Part shown: positions 9,383 to 17,968 of the stretch, piece by piece
Layout: every line of letters starts with the position of its first letter
Numbering within the stretch: position 1 is the first letter of the stretch
Assembly: GCF_000015805.1 (NCBI RefSeq)
Contig: NC_009073.1
Span: 420,001 to 452,000 of the forward strand
Length of the DNA stretch: 32,000 nucleotides
From: Pyrobaculum calidifontis JCM 11548
GTDB lineage: Archaea > Thermoproteota > Thermoprotei > Thermoproteales > Thermoproteaceae
Reading direction: 5' to 3'
Notes under the pieces: generated by a model
Databases searched by the model: none
What the model was told of the DNA's origin: nothing
What the model saw: the letters and a program-made list of their open reading frames with translations, nothing else
Translations under genes and position numbers: made by a program

Positions 9383-10147
9383 ATGTCTTTTATACTTACG
9401 GCTGAGGGCGTTGTAAAACAGTTCGGCGCATTCCGCGCCCTAGACGGAGTGGACATAGCCGTGGAGAGGGGAAAGGTGACCTTGATAATCGGCCCAAACG
9501 GCTCTGGGAAAACCACCTTTGTAAACGTGGTGACCGGGGTCTACAAGCCCGAGGCGGGCCGCGTCCTGTTCTACAAAGACGGGCGTGCCGTGGACATCAC
9601 AGGCTGGCCTCCGCACAAGGTCTTCGAAGCGGGCATTGTGAGGACGTTTCAAATACCGCAGATCTTCCTAAAGCTGACAGTACTCGAAAACCTCTTAGTG
9701 GTGGCCAGGGGGCAGAGGGGCGAGGGCGTCCTCCCCGCGCTCACGAGAAACTGGGTCAAGCAGGAGGAGGAGCTGGCGAAGAGGGCTTTTAAAATCCTCA
9801 AAGCCGTCAGGCTGGAGGACAAGTGGGACTCCCCGGCGTACCTCCTCTCAGCGGGGGAGCTGAAGCTCCTGGAACTGGCCAGGGCCCTGATGGCGGGCGC
9901 AGAGCTGATAATCCTCGACGAGCCCATCGCCGGCGTCCCCATCGACCAGGCCCACGAGGTCTTTAAAACTGTGAAAGAAATAAACCAGACGGGGACCACA
10001 TTCCTCGTCATCGAGCACAGAATCGACATCGCCTTTAAGTACGTGGACTACGTATACGCCATGGCAAGCGGGAGAGTAATATCAAAGGGGACCCCAGAGC
10101 AAGTGGCCAACGACCCAAAGGTGAAAGAGGTGTACATAGGGGGCTAA
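9383..10147 (+). CDS. livG: ABC transporter ATP-binding protein (LivG-like)
   Basis: Walker A GPNGSGKTT, RTFQ Q-loop block, signature LSAGELKLLELARAL, Walker B LIILDEP, and an H-loop in LVIEHR. Confidence 0.9.
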   Translation: MSFILTAEGVVKQFGAFRALDGVDIAVERGKVTLIIGPNGSGKTTFVNVVTGVYKPEAGRVLFYKDGRAVDITGWPPHKVFEAGIVRTFQIPQIFLKLTVLENLLVVARGQRGEGVLPALTRNWVKQEEELAKRAFKILKAVRLEDKWDSPAYLLSAGELKLLELARALMAGAELIILDEPIAGVPIDQAHEVFKTVKEINQTGTTFLVIEHRIDIAFKYVDYVYAMASGRVISKGTPEQVANDPKVKEVYIGG

Positions 10148-10267
10148 ACTGCACGACAGGGTTTGAAGCCTCTTTATTCTCCTTCTGTCGACTCGTGCCT
10201 CTTTTAAGTAAAGCGCGCCGTTTGGTTTAAAGCGTCGCCGTTAAGGCGGGAGGACAGCGAGAAAACA

Positions 10268-10352
10268 CGCCGGGGGTGGGATTTGAACCCACGCCCCCGT
10301 ATGGGGACGGGCTTAGCAGGCCCGCGCCTTGGACCAACTCGGCCACCCCGGC
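10268..10352 (-). tRNA. tRNA-Ser (anticodon GCU)
   Basis: The reverse complement folds as GCCGGGG-TG-GCC-GAGTTGGTCCAA-GGC-G-CGGGC-CTGCTAA-GCCCG-TCCCCATACGGGGGC-GTGGG-TTCAAAT-CCCAC-CCCCGGC-G. This gives a 7-bp acceptor stem, a long variable arm (class II) and anticodon GCT. No CCA is encoded and no intron is seen. The TATA-like CTTAAAAA ~22-26 nt upstream overlaps the stop codon of the neighbouring reductase gene. Confidence 0.9.
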
Positions 10353-10374
10353 GTGTCTCGTGGTTTGTGTGTTT

Positions 10375-11238
10375 TTAAGTTTTGTCTCGCTGGGGAGCTA
10401 CTTCGAATCTGTAGGCGTAGTAGTGTGTGTTTATGAGCTCCCAGTCTTTTTCTGTGAGTGCCCACCCCAGCGCGCCTGCGTTTTCCTCTACGTGTTTAAT
10501 GTCGGCGGCTTTGGGGACTGGGACCACGTGGGGCCACCTCGTGTACCAGTTGAGGGCCACTTGGGCGGCGGTTTTTCCGTACCGTTTCCCTATTTCGGCT
10601 AGGAAGGGGTCTAGGGCTAGGGCGCCTCTTTCGAGTGGCGAGTAGGCGATGTAGAGCATCCCCTCCTTCTCCACTATGGGGAATATGTCTACCTCGTCGC
10701 GTCTGTGGAGTAGGCTGTACCTGTTCTCCACGGCGGCGGGGGGCGTCTTCTTGTAGCAGGTGAGGGCTTGGCGGAGTTGTTGGGCTGTCACATTGCTCAA
10801 GCCGTAGTGGTTGGCTAGGCCTTTCTCAACGGCGGCTTCCAGCGCCTTTACCACGTCGCATATGGACGCGCCTACTGGGACCCAGTGGAACATCGCCAGC
10901 CACACCCTCCTGCCCAGCCTCTCGGCGGAGGCGGCGAGGCGTTTGAAGACCTCCTCTGGGGTGGGGGCCGTGGGCTGGATTTTGGCCACTATGTACAAGT
11001 CTCTTATGTCTGAGGAGGCATATTTTACAAGCTCCTCGGCGTGTCCTCTGCCGTAGAGCTCAGAGGTGTCTACCAGGGTTAGGCCGAGCTCAAAGGCTCT
11101 GCGGAGCGCTTGTATCCAGTGGTAGTCCCGCGAGTCGTCTCTGTGCCAGAAGTCTCCGCCTATTCCAAAAGTCCCCACCCCCATGGGGGGCACGCAGCCC
11201 ACCCTCTTGAGGCACTTCACATGAGTATTTGTATACAT
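10375..11238 (-). CDS. Aldo/keto reductase family oxidoreductase
   Basis: 287-aa ORF with GVGTFGIGG, DTSELYGRGHAEE, and the ENRYSLL and PKAADIKHVEEN blocks typical of AKRs. Confidence 0.85.
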   Translation of the reverse strand: MYTNTHVKCLKRVGCVPPMGVGTFGIGGDFWHRDDSRDYHWIQALRRAFELGLTLVDTSELYGRGHAEELVKYASSDIRDLYIVAKIQPTAPTPEEVFKRLAASAERLGRRVWLAMFHWVPVGASICDVVKALEAAVEKGLANHYGLSNVTAQQLRQALTCYKKTPPAAVENRYSLLHRRDEVDIFPIVEKEGMLYIAYSPLERGALALDPFLAEIGKRYGKTAAQVALNWYTRWPHVVPVPKAADIKHVEENAGALGWALTEKDWELINTHYYAYRFEVAPQRDKT

Positions 11239-11248
11239 ATTTAAAAAT

Positions 11249-12250
11249 TTATGTGAAAAGTTTCTCCAATATGCCCCTCGCAGCGGCCTCTTTTATCTCG
11301 TGGGCTATCCTCTCTCCCATGTCCATGGGCTCGTCGAAGTAGAGGACAGAGTAGGGGGAGCCCACGCCCATGTAGACGTTTGTCCCAGCCACGATCCTCC
11401 CCGAGAATTCAAAGACGACGATGGTCATGTCGTCTCTTATTATGCTCTCGAGACAGTAGGGTCCCGCCAGCTCGCAGCTGACCTTTTCTCTCACTGCCTT
11501 GGCGAAGTCGACTCCGTACTTGTGCACCACGGGGAGCAGAGACTCCCTTAACACCAGCGGGAGATTCCCCACCACTACGAAGGTGGGCTCTACCCAGCCG
11601 AAGGTTCTCCCATCTACATTGGTCTCGTATCTGATGTCCATGCCGAAGATCTCCACTCTGTTGTACACCGGCGAGGCGAAGTAGTGGTAGTAGGCGGGCA
11701 CGCCGAAGACGTATTCCTGAATTATGTAGTCGCCCTCCACCGCCTTGATCCTTTTGGCCAACTCCTCTCTGTTCTTTGCCACGAAGTACCCCCTGCCGCC
11801 CTTGGCGCCGAAGAGTTTGACTATTACGGGGCCCTCGGCCTCTTCGGCCCTCTTGTAGTACCTCGGCGTGGGTATCCCCGCGGCGGCCAGCAGCTCCATC
11901 TTCTTGTACTGGTCGGCCTCCCAGCGCAACAGCTCTCTACAGCCTAGGGTGGGCACTGGGGCCTCCAGCGCCTGTCTCCACCCCACGTACTCGACGTATG
12001 AGCCGTGGGGTATGAACAAGGCGTTTTTCTCCACGAGCTTCTCAGCGACGTGCCTAAAGTTGGAGAAGTCGGCGGTCCACACTTCGTCGATGAAGGAGAA
12101 CTGGCGGTAGAAGTCGGCGTTTCTCTGTGCCACGGCTATTGTCCTAAAGCCGTACCTCTTGGCTCCCCTGAGGATTTGGAGCGCGGTGTGGGAGGCCACC
12201 GTGGCCACGGCCAACTTATCCAAGTCGTACCTCTTCAGCGCGGCGGACAT
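11249..12250 (-). CDS. purP: 5-formaminoimidazole-4-carboxamide ribonucleotide (FAICAR) synthetase PurP, ATP-grasp
   Basis: 333-aa ORF with IATVASHTALQILRGAK at the N-terminus, KLFGAKGGRGYF, and IQEYV ATP-grasp blocks matching archaeal PurP. Confidence 0.8.
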   Translation of the reverse strand: MSAALKRYDLDKLAVATVASHTALQILRGAKRYGFRTIAVAQRNADFYRQFSFIDEVWTADFSNFRHVAEKLVEKNALFIPHGSYVEYVGWRQALEAPVPTLGCRELLRWEADQYKKMELLAAAGIPTPRYYKRAEEAEGPVIVKLFGAKGGRGYFVAKNREELAKRIKAVEGDYIIQEYVFGVPAYYHYFASPVYNRVEIFGMDIRYETNVDGRTFGWVEPTFVVVGNLPLVLRESLLPVVHKYGVDFAKAVREKVSCELAGPYCLESIIRDDMTIVVFEFSGRIVAGTNVYMGVGSPYSVLYFDEPMDMGERIAHEIKEAAARGILEKLFT

Positions 12251-12304
12251 GGCCTAGGCGTTGCAGAGCTTTTTTAAAGTTGCCGTAAACAATGTCCATG
12301 TTTT

Positions 12305-12337
12305 TCTAAAGTCTCCTCATCTGTCTAAATACTCCTC
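12305..12337. promoter_or_regulatory. Two copies of a 14-bp direct repeat in the purP/dehydrogenase divergent intergenic region
   Basis: TCTAAAGTCTCCTC (12305-12318) and TCTAAATACTCCTC (12324-12337) match at 12 of 14 positions, start-to-start spacing 19 bp, inside the 180-bp AT-rich gap. Confidence 0.3.
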
Positions 12338-12430
12338 TTAACAATCTTAAACCTATTTTATAGACAAGACAAATATTGTGAATTTATATGTAAATATTTT
12401 AAAGTTTTAAATGCCTCAATTCTTTCTTAT

Positions 12431-13435
12431 ATGGCTAAGTATAAGATCGTTGTTTTATCTCCAGCGCCTGAGGCTTTGCTTAAAATGTGGGCAACCCCCA
12501 TTGCCCAGAAGTACGGCATCGCCATCGACGAGGTGGAAGTTGTGACATTTTTTGAGCCAAATTACGAGGAGATTGGGCGACATGTGGCAGATGCAGACGT
12601 CGTGGTGGGGGACTACACCTTTAGAATTAAGATAGATGCCTCGCTCTGTGAGAAGATGTCTAAGGTTAGGCTTATTCAACAGCCAAGCACCGGCTACGAC
12701 CACATCGACGTAGAGGCTTGCGCGAGGCGGGGCATCCCCGTGGCCAACATAGGTGGGGCTAACGCCATTTCTGTGGCTGAGCACACAATAATGCTGGCTC
12801 TCATGTTGTTAAAACGCGCCGTGTATGCCCATAGGAGGCTTTTAGAAGGCCAGTGGACGCAAGGGGAGCTCATGAACGTTATCGGCGAAGTGTTTGGAAA
12901 AACGTGGGGCGTGTTGGGCATGGGGAGGATTGGCCGCGAGGTGGCGGTCAGAGCTATGGCGCTAGGCGCCAAGGTAATATACTACGACGTGGTGAGAAAC
13001 GAAGAGATGGAGAAGAGGGGCGCAGAATATAGGCCTTTTAACAGGCTATTGGCCGAGAGCGACATCCTCAGCATCCATGTGCCTCTGACCCCAGCTACTA
13101 GGAAGATGATCGGCGAGAGGGAGCTAAGGCTTATGAAGCCCACCGCCGTGGTTATAAATGTTTCAAGAGGCGAGATAGTGGACGAGGAGGCTCTCGCCAA
13201 GGCAGTTAGAGAGGGCTGGATTGCGGGGGCTGGAGTAGACGTGTTTTCAGTGGAGCCGCCTCCGCCTGATCACCCGCTTATTCAAGCCGCCAGAGAGGGG
13301 TACAACGTCGTAGTGACGCCGCACATCGCCGGCGCCACAAACGAGGCTAGAATGCGCATAATAAACGTGAGCCTTGAAAACGTGTTTAAAGTGCTCGCCG
13401 GCCTTAAGCCTGACAACGTTGTTAATATGCCATGA
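12431..13435 (+). CDS. D-isomer-specific 2-hydroxyacid dehydrogenase family protein (NAD-binding)
   Basis: 334-aa ORF with the GVLGMGRIGREVA Rossmann motif, and the SIHVPLT and VNVSRGEIVDE..L / TPHIAG catalytic blocks. Confidence 0.85.
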   Translation: MAKYKIVVLSPAPEALLKMWATPIAQKYGIAIDEVEVVTFFEPNYEEIGRHVADADVVVGDYTFRIKIDASLCEKMSKVRLIQQPSTGYDHIDVEACARRGIPVANIGGANAISVAEHTIMLALMLLKRAVYAHRRLLEGQWTQGELMNVIGEVFGKTWGVLGMGRIGREVAVRAMALGAKVIYYDVVRNEEMEKRGAEYRPFNRLLAESDILSIHVPLTPATRKMIGERELRLMKPTAVVINVSRGEIVDEEALAKAVREGWIAGAGVDVFSVEPPPPDHPLIQAAREGYNVVVTPHIAGATNEARMRIINVSLENVFKVLAGLKPDNVVNMP

Positions 13436-15081
13436 ACGTCGCTGAGGCAGTTGTCAAATGTCTTGAGCAATTGGGGGTAAAGCGCGTATACGGCCTAATT
13501 GGCACGTCGATTCTCGACTTTGTAGACGCCTTGAGAGACAGCAAAATTAGGTATATTTCAACGCGGCACGAACAAGTGGCCGTCTCCATGGCCGACGCAG
13601 AGGGCAGAATCACCGGCAGGCCCGGCGTTGCCGCAGTCCACGCGGGGCCTGGCTTTTTGAACTCGCTCATATCTGTGGCCGCCGCGTATAAAGACGTGTC
13701 GCCGCTGCTCCTCATCTCGGGGGCCGTCAAGAGGAGGCTGGCCGGCCTCGACTCTTGGCTCGAAGTCCCTCAGCGGGATATCATTAGGCCATTAGTCAAG
13801 GGCGTCTACAGAGTGGACAAGCCCTTGGAAATTGGGAAAGTGATCTCGGAGGCCTACTCTCTCGCAGCTTCGCCTCCCCAGGGTCCAGTGTTTGTAGAAG
13901 TACCAGAGGACGTGTGGAACATGTCTTCGCAGGCGGAGAAGTGCGAGGTCAAGATTGCACCGCCGCCGACCGTGCCCAAGGACTTCGTAGACAAAGTCGC
14001 CGAGCTCTTGTCTAAGTCTAAGAGGCCGTTGATCCTTGCGGGAGGCGGCGTGAATAACGAAGAGGGGAGGCGCCTCCTCTTGGATGTGTCTGAGAGGTGG
14101 AAGATACCAGTCGCTGTGACAGGCAACGGAAGAGGGGCCTATCCGGAGGACCACCCGCTGTTTTTAGGCAAAGTGGGATTCGGCGGCGGTAACATTGTGG
14201 CCGACAGGGCTTTGGTCGAGGCAGACTTAGTGCTGGCCGTGGGCGCAGGTCTGTCAGACACGACGACGTACGGCTACAACTTCGTGCCCAGGGGGGACAT
14301 CGTCGCCGTAAATTTGGACCCCCTAGCCGAGAAGAAGCCCGTGCCATATACGCTATACCACTACGCAGATGCCGTCGACTTTTTGAAAAAACTAGCCGCA
14401 CTGGACCTTAAATATGAGCCAAGCGTCGAGTGGTTTAGGGAAATAGAGGAGTGGAAGGCCGCGTGGAACGCCCTGCTCTCAGAGGCCCTCTCGAGGAGCT
14501 ACAAGGGGTTTGTAAACCCCTCCAAGTTCTTCCACAGGTTAAACAAGTCCCTCCCCCGGGACTTCGTCATGGTGGGAGGACAGGGCATGCACCTCGTCTA
14601 CACCTTCGCCTTTATCACAGTAAAAGCAGTGAGGGGGTACCTCGCCGCGTTTAACCTAGGCGCCATGGGGTTCGCCTTCCCCGCGGCCCTTGGGGCAAAG
14701 GTAGTGGCCCCTGAGAGAGACGTCTACGCAGTATTAGGCGATGGAGAGTTTATGATGACTGTACAGGACTTGGAGACCGCGGTTAGGGAGAAGATAGGCG
14801 TAAAAATCATAGTAGTAAACGACAACGCATATAGAGTCCTCTACGCAAGACAGAAGGCGCAGAAAATGGGCCGCATCTACGGAACTCTACATACAAACCC
14901 CGACTTTGTAAAACTCGCCGAGGCTTTTGGAGTCGAGGCCATGTCAATAAGCCAAGACGAGGAAATAGAAAAAGCCGTGAACTTTATTACAAGGCCAACG
15001 GACAAGCCCCTCCTATTAGAGCTGAAAATACACCCCGACGACCTCCCCCCAATGAACATAGACGGCGCCCTGAGATTCTAA
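13432..15081 (+). CDS. Thiamine pyrophosphate-dependent enzyme (acetolactate synthase large-subunit-like)
   Basis: 549-aa ORF with an N-terminal TPP-Pyr domain (VYGLIGTSILDFVDAL, HEQVAVSMADA) and a C-terminal GDGEFMM...NDNAY TPP-binding motif. It overlaps the upstream gene by 4 nt. Confidence 0.85.
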   Translation: MNVAEAVVKCLEQLGVKRVYGLIGTSILDFVDALRDSKIRYISTRHEQVAVSMADAEGRITGRPGVAAVHAGPGFLNSLISVAAAYKDVSPLLLISGAVKRRLAGLDSWLEVPQRDIIRPLVKGVYRVDKPLEIGKVISEAYSLAASPPQGPVFVEVPEDVWNMSSQAEKCEVKIAPPPTVPKDFVDKVAELLSKSKRPLILAGGGVNNEEGRRLLLDVSERWKIPVAVTGNGRGAYPEDHPLFLGKVGFGGGNIVADRALVEADLVLAVGAGLSDTTTYGYNFVPRGDIVAVNLDPLAEKKPVPYTLYHYADAVDFLKKLAALDLKYEPSVEWFREIEEWKAAWNALLSEALSRSYKGFVNPSKFFHRLNKSLPRDFVMVGGQGMHLVYTFAFITVKAVRGYLAAFNLGAMGFAFPAALGAKVVAPERDVYAVLGDGEFMMTVQDLETAVREKIGVKIIVVNDNAYRVLYARQKAQKMGRIYGTLHTNPDFVKLAEAFGVEAMSISQDEEIEKAVNFITRPTDKPLLLELKIHPDDLPPMNIDGALRF

Positions 15082-15111
15082 AATATAAATACAAGGGGGG
15101 TACTCTTTTGC

Positions 15112-15771
15112 GTGGAACTTGTGGAGGCGGTAAAGAAGGTGTTGATGGAGAACCCGTCGATACTAGTGGAGGTCCTAGTGGCAAAGCCGGAGATCTTGTA
15201 CCAAGCCCTGGCAAAGATAGCTCCATGGCAGTTGTTAGCCACGAAAGAGGACATAAGAAGACTTGAGGAAAAGATGGCGACAAAAGAGGACGTAAAAAGG
15301 CTGGAGGAGAGAGTGGCGGCTTTGGAACGTAGATTTGATAGTGAGATGCGCCGCTTGGAGACGACTATTACTGCCCTAGGCGCCAGGTGGGGGGTTCTCA
15401 GCGAGGAGGCCTTTAGGGAGGGGGTGAGGAGGCTCTTGGCCGAGGCCGGCTGGGCGGTGGAGAAGGTGATGTTATTCGACAGAGAGGGGTACGTCTACGG
15501 GGAGCCCTCCGAGGTTGAGTACGACGTAGTCGTGAAAGACGGCAAGACGTTCCTCGTGGAGATAACCTCTGCCCTCAAGCGCAGCGACTTGCCCACGCTG
15601 CGGCGGAAGAGGGAGTACTTCGAAAAAGCCAAGGGGGTGAAAGTAGACGCCGTCTTTGTAGTGACGCCGTTTATACACGACAGGGTGCCAGAGAGAGTTA
15701 AGGCCATGGCAAAGGATATGGGGATAGAGGTGGTATACCCCACCGACACATTGTTTGCATCAGCCCTGTAA
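15112..15771 (+). CDS. Coiled-coil + PD-(D/E)xK-like domain protein (paralogue of 23797-24435)
   Basis: 219-aa ORF. The N-terminal heptad-like repeats (KEDIRRLEEKMATKEDVKRLEERVAALERRF) are followed by EVEYDVVVKDGKTFLVEITS, a nuclease-fold-like block. It has the same two-part architecture as the 23797-24435 ORF. Confidence 0.6.
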   Translation: MELVEAVKKVLMENPSILVEVLVAKPEILYQALAKIAPWQLLATKEDIRRLEEKMATKEDVKRLEERVAALERRFDSEMRRLETTITALGARWGVLSEEAFREGVRRLLAEAGWAVEKVMLFDREGYVYGEPSEVEYDVVVKDGKTFLVEITSALKRSDLPTLRRKREYFEKAKGVKVDAVFVVTPFIHDRVPERVKAMAKDMGIEVVYPTDTLFASAL

Positions 15772-15780
15772 AAAGCCCTA

Positions 15781-15983
15781 CTATACAGCTCTATATATCC
15801 AATTTGTCAATTTTATTCTGGATGTATATCAAAAATCAAAAAACTCTGTAAAGTGCGACGTTTCGGGCCTAAGTGGGTTTTGGCGGCGGACTAAACTTTG
15901 ACAAGTGCCGTGTGGCCGCCGTTTTGGACAAGAATTTTCGTCGGACAACGGCGTCGGCGCCGCTTAGACAAAGAAAATGTAAA
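15781..15983. repeat. Left inverted repeat (IR-L) of the 2.4-kb cassette
   Basis: 15883-15983 (101 bp) is the exact reverse complement of 17969-18069; I checked this base by base. 15781-15882 pairs imperfectly with 18070-18170, roughly three quarters identical by eye with one small indel. Confidence 0.9.
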
Positions 15984-16120
15984 GAGGGTGGGTTGCTTTC
16001 AAGCGTCTTGCCGAGTCAAATCAAGTATTAGACGGCGGCTAATCGTTGGCCGCTTTCTAGTACCTGAATTCTCACTGCGCGGCCGAGCTTGCGTAGGTGG
16101 TTTTAAAATGTATTTTTAAC

Positions 16121-17947
16121 ATGGGAGAGGTGAGTGTGAGTGAGGCTTTGGAGGAGCTCCGCGAGAGGCTTGAGCGTTGGGACGAGCTGTGCGCTCAGCT
16201 TAAAGAGCTGTACTACAAGTACCTCGACCTTGCGGCATTCCGCTCAGATAAGTGCTACTTCCCCGGCCGCAAGTGCAAACGTAGCTGGGATCGCCAGTAC
16301 GACATGGGCGACCTAACCCTCATGTGGACGTACATTGCGAACACGGCCCCCCTCTGCGGCAAGCTCATAAGGGCGCTGGCAGAGGTAGAGTACAAAATCC
16401 GCTTAAAGGCTCTGGAAAGTCTAGAGAGGTACGGCGGTGTAGAAAAAAAGAGTAGGCCATCGAATGAAATTGTAAATTGGCAATTAAGGAAGCCTGTATA
16501 CTCGTATTTAGTAATAGATGGAGAAAAACTTTATGTTATATGGGGTGAACCAAAGGGGGTTCCGCACAGAGGTCGTCAAAGGTCTGTCGTGCTTGAAAGA
16601 AAAATTCTCGACGCTCTTCTAAAGATAAAGAGCGGCATTTTCGATGAGTTACACTTTAACGTCTTTAATATAGATCATGAATATGAGCGATTGTGGCTTG
16701 AGGTACCTTTGTCGGAGAGTGCGTCGAAGTTGTTAGGCGGAAGGGACAAGGCCCCGGTAGCGCTGTTCAGAAGCTTGGGCTGGCTGTTGAGCGACGACTC
16801 TAGGGTTAAGCTTGTACATGAGGCGGGCAACCCCGGCCAAGTAGCCTTAAGGTTGTTTGATTGGATTGCCTTGGTGAAATATGCTACCAAAAGGCTGGTA
16901 TTTGATGAAGACAAGCCGCTAGTGTTTAAGCTTGCCGTTCGCTACATTACAAAAACTAAGATAGGCGAAAATCCGCGTGTTTACATAAGGCCAATAGGCT
17001 TCTCCGCCCGTGTGATAAAAGAGACATATTTACGATTCGGTATCCCGTTTGGAAACCCAAAGGCGGTGATTGCTCATGGATATGAAGTTATCGGCGTGTT
17101 GAACAATATGGCGATAAGACGGCATAAAGTTGAAAGCGTTGTAGACGATGTAAATTCGTGGATGGCGCTAAGTGCAACTCTGACGTCGCTAATAATTGGC
17201 GATGGCACAATAAGTCCGTATTTGATACGGATATCCGCAAAAGCAAAGCCAGAGGGGGGTGCAGCTAGAGAGTTAGCAAAAGCGCTAAAAGTTTCGTGGC
17301 ATGAGGGCAAAGTCGCCCTCTGGCCGCGGCTCATGAAGCTCTTGTTACCAGCGCCGCCGACGCCGGCGTTTAAAAAGACTGTGAAGCTGTATAAGACGTT
17401 GCTAGAGTACCCAGTGGCTGTAGTCGTGAATATAGGAGGAAAGAAGTACTTGTTGAACAACGAAAAGGGGAGGTTTAGAATCGGTGGAAAGAAGGCCGTC
17501 GAACTACGCGAGCTACTCAGACGCGTGGGGGTAGAGGCCGGCTATAACGGGCGCCTCTACATAAAGTACAAAGATCTGATGAACTTGGCTAAACGCGGCT
17601 TCGAGGTGAAGTTCTTGAACCAAATGGAGAAGGAGGCCGTCAAAAGAGTGCCGCGGGCTGTGTCGGTGCCCGACCATGAAACTTTAAGGCGCATTTTCGA
17701 AAAAATTGCCGAAGTGGCGAGATTTCGCACAAAAACGTACGGGAAGCATAAATCCATCGTCATATCTCTGATCGACAAATCTAAGTTCGAAGAAGTGTTG
17801 AAGCTACTCGAAGCCTCTGGTTTGCGGTTTTCCGTGTATCAAAAGAAGAAGATGTTTATTATATATGAGCAAACGCTGGTTGAAGCCATATTGAGTGTTG
17901 TGTCACACCTTTTTTCTGCACCTTCTCTTTGTTTTTCATGTGTATAA
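16121..17947 (+). CDS. Large cassette-encoded protein of unknown function with LAGLIDADG-like motifs (possibly a Pyrobaculum multi-copy PaREP2-type family; unverified)
   Basis: Long uninterrupted ORF (opens at 16097; ATG 16121; GTG 16130 lies ~26 nt from TTTTAAAA at 16101-16108). It is visibly more A/T-rich than flanking genes. Motifs: SLGWLLSDDSRV (16772-16807) and SLIIGDGTISPY (17186-17221). Confidence 0.7.
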   Translation: MGEVSVSEALEELRERLERWDELCAQLKELYYKYLDLAAFRSDKCYFPGRKCKRSWDRQYDMGDLTLMWTYIANTAPLCGKLIRALAEVEYKIRLKALESLERYGGVEKKSRPSNEIVNWQLRKPVYSYLVIDGEKLYVIWGEPKGVPHRGRQRSVVLERKILDALLKIKSGIFDELHFNVFNIDHEYERLWLEVPLSESASKLLGGRDKAPVALFRSLGWLLSDDSRVKLVHEAGNPGQVALRLFDWIALVKYATKRLVFDEDKPLVFKLAVRYITKTKIGENPRVYIRPIGFSARVIKETYLRFGIPFGNPKAVIAHGYEVIGVLNNMAIRRHKVESVVDDVNSWMALSATLTSLIIGDGTISPYLIRISAKAKPEGGAARELAKALKVSWHEGKVALWPRLMKLLLPAPPTPAFKKTVKLYKTLLEYPVAVVVNIGGKKYLLNNEKGRFRIGGKKAVELRELLRRVGVEAGYNGRLYIKYKDLMNLAKRGFEVKFLNQMEKEAVKRVPRAVSVPDHETLRRIFEKIAEVARFRTKTYGKHKSIVISLIDKSKFEEVLKLLEASGLRFSVYQKKKMFIIYEQTLVEAILSVVSHLFSAPSLCFSCV

Positions 17948-17968
17948 TTCCCGCCGCATTCCCTCCCA

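Noticed and set aside
15898-16119. ORFs 15898-16119 (+) and 17839-18054 (-) with identical N-termini (MTSAVWPPFWTRIFVGQRRRRRLDKENV)
   Set aside because: The identity is a direct consequence of the 101-bp perfect inverted repeat. The sequences are Arg/Trp-rich and low-complexity, diverge as soon as the repeat ends, and have no promoter-like box. I treat them as repeat artefacts, not genes.
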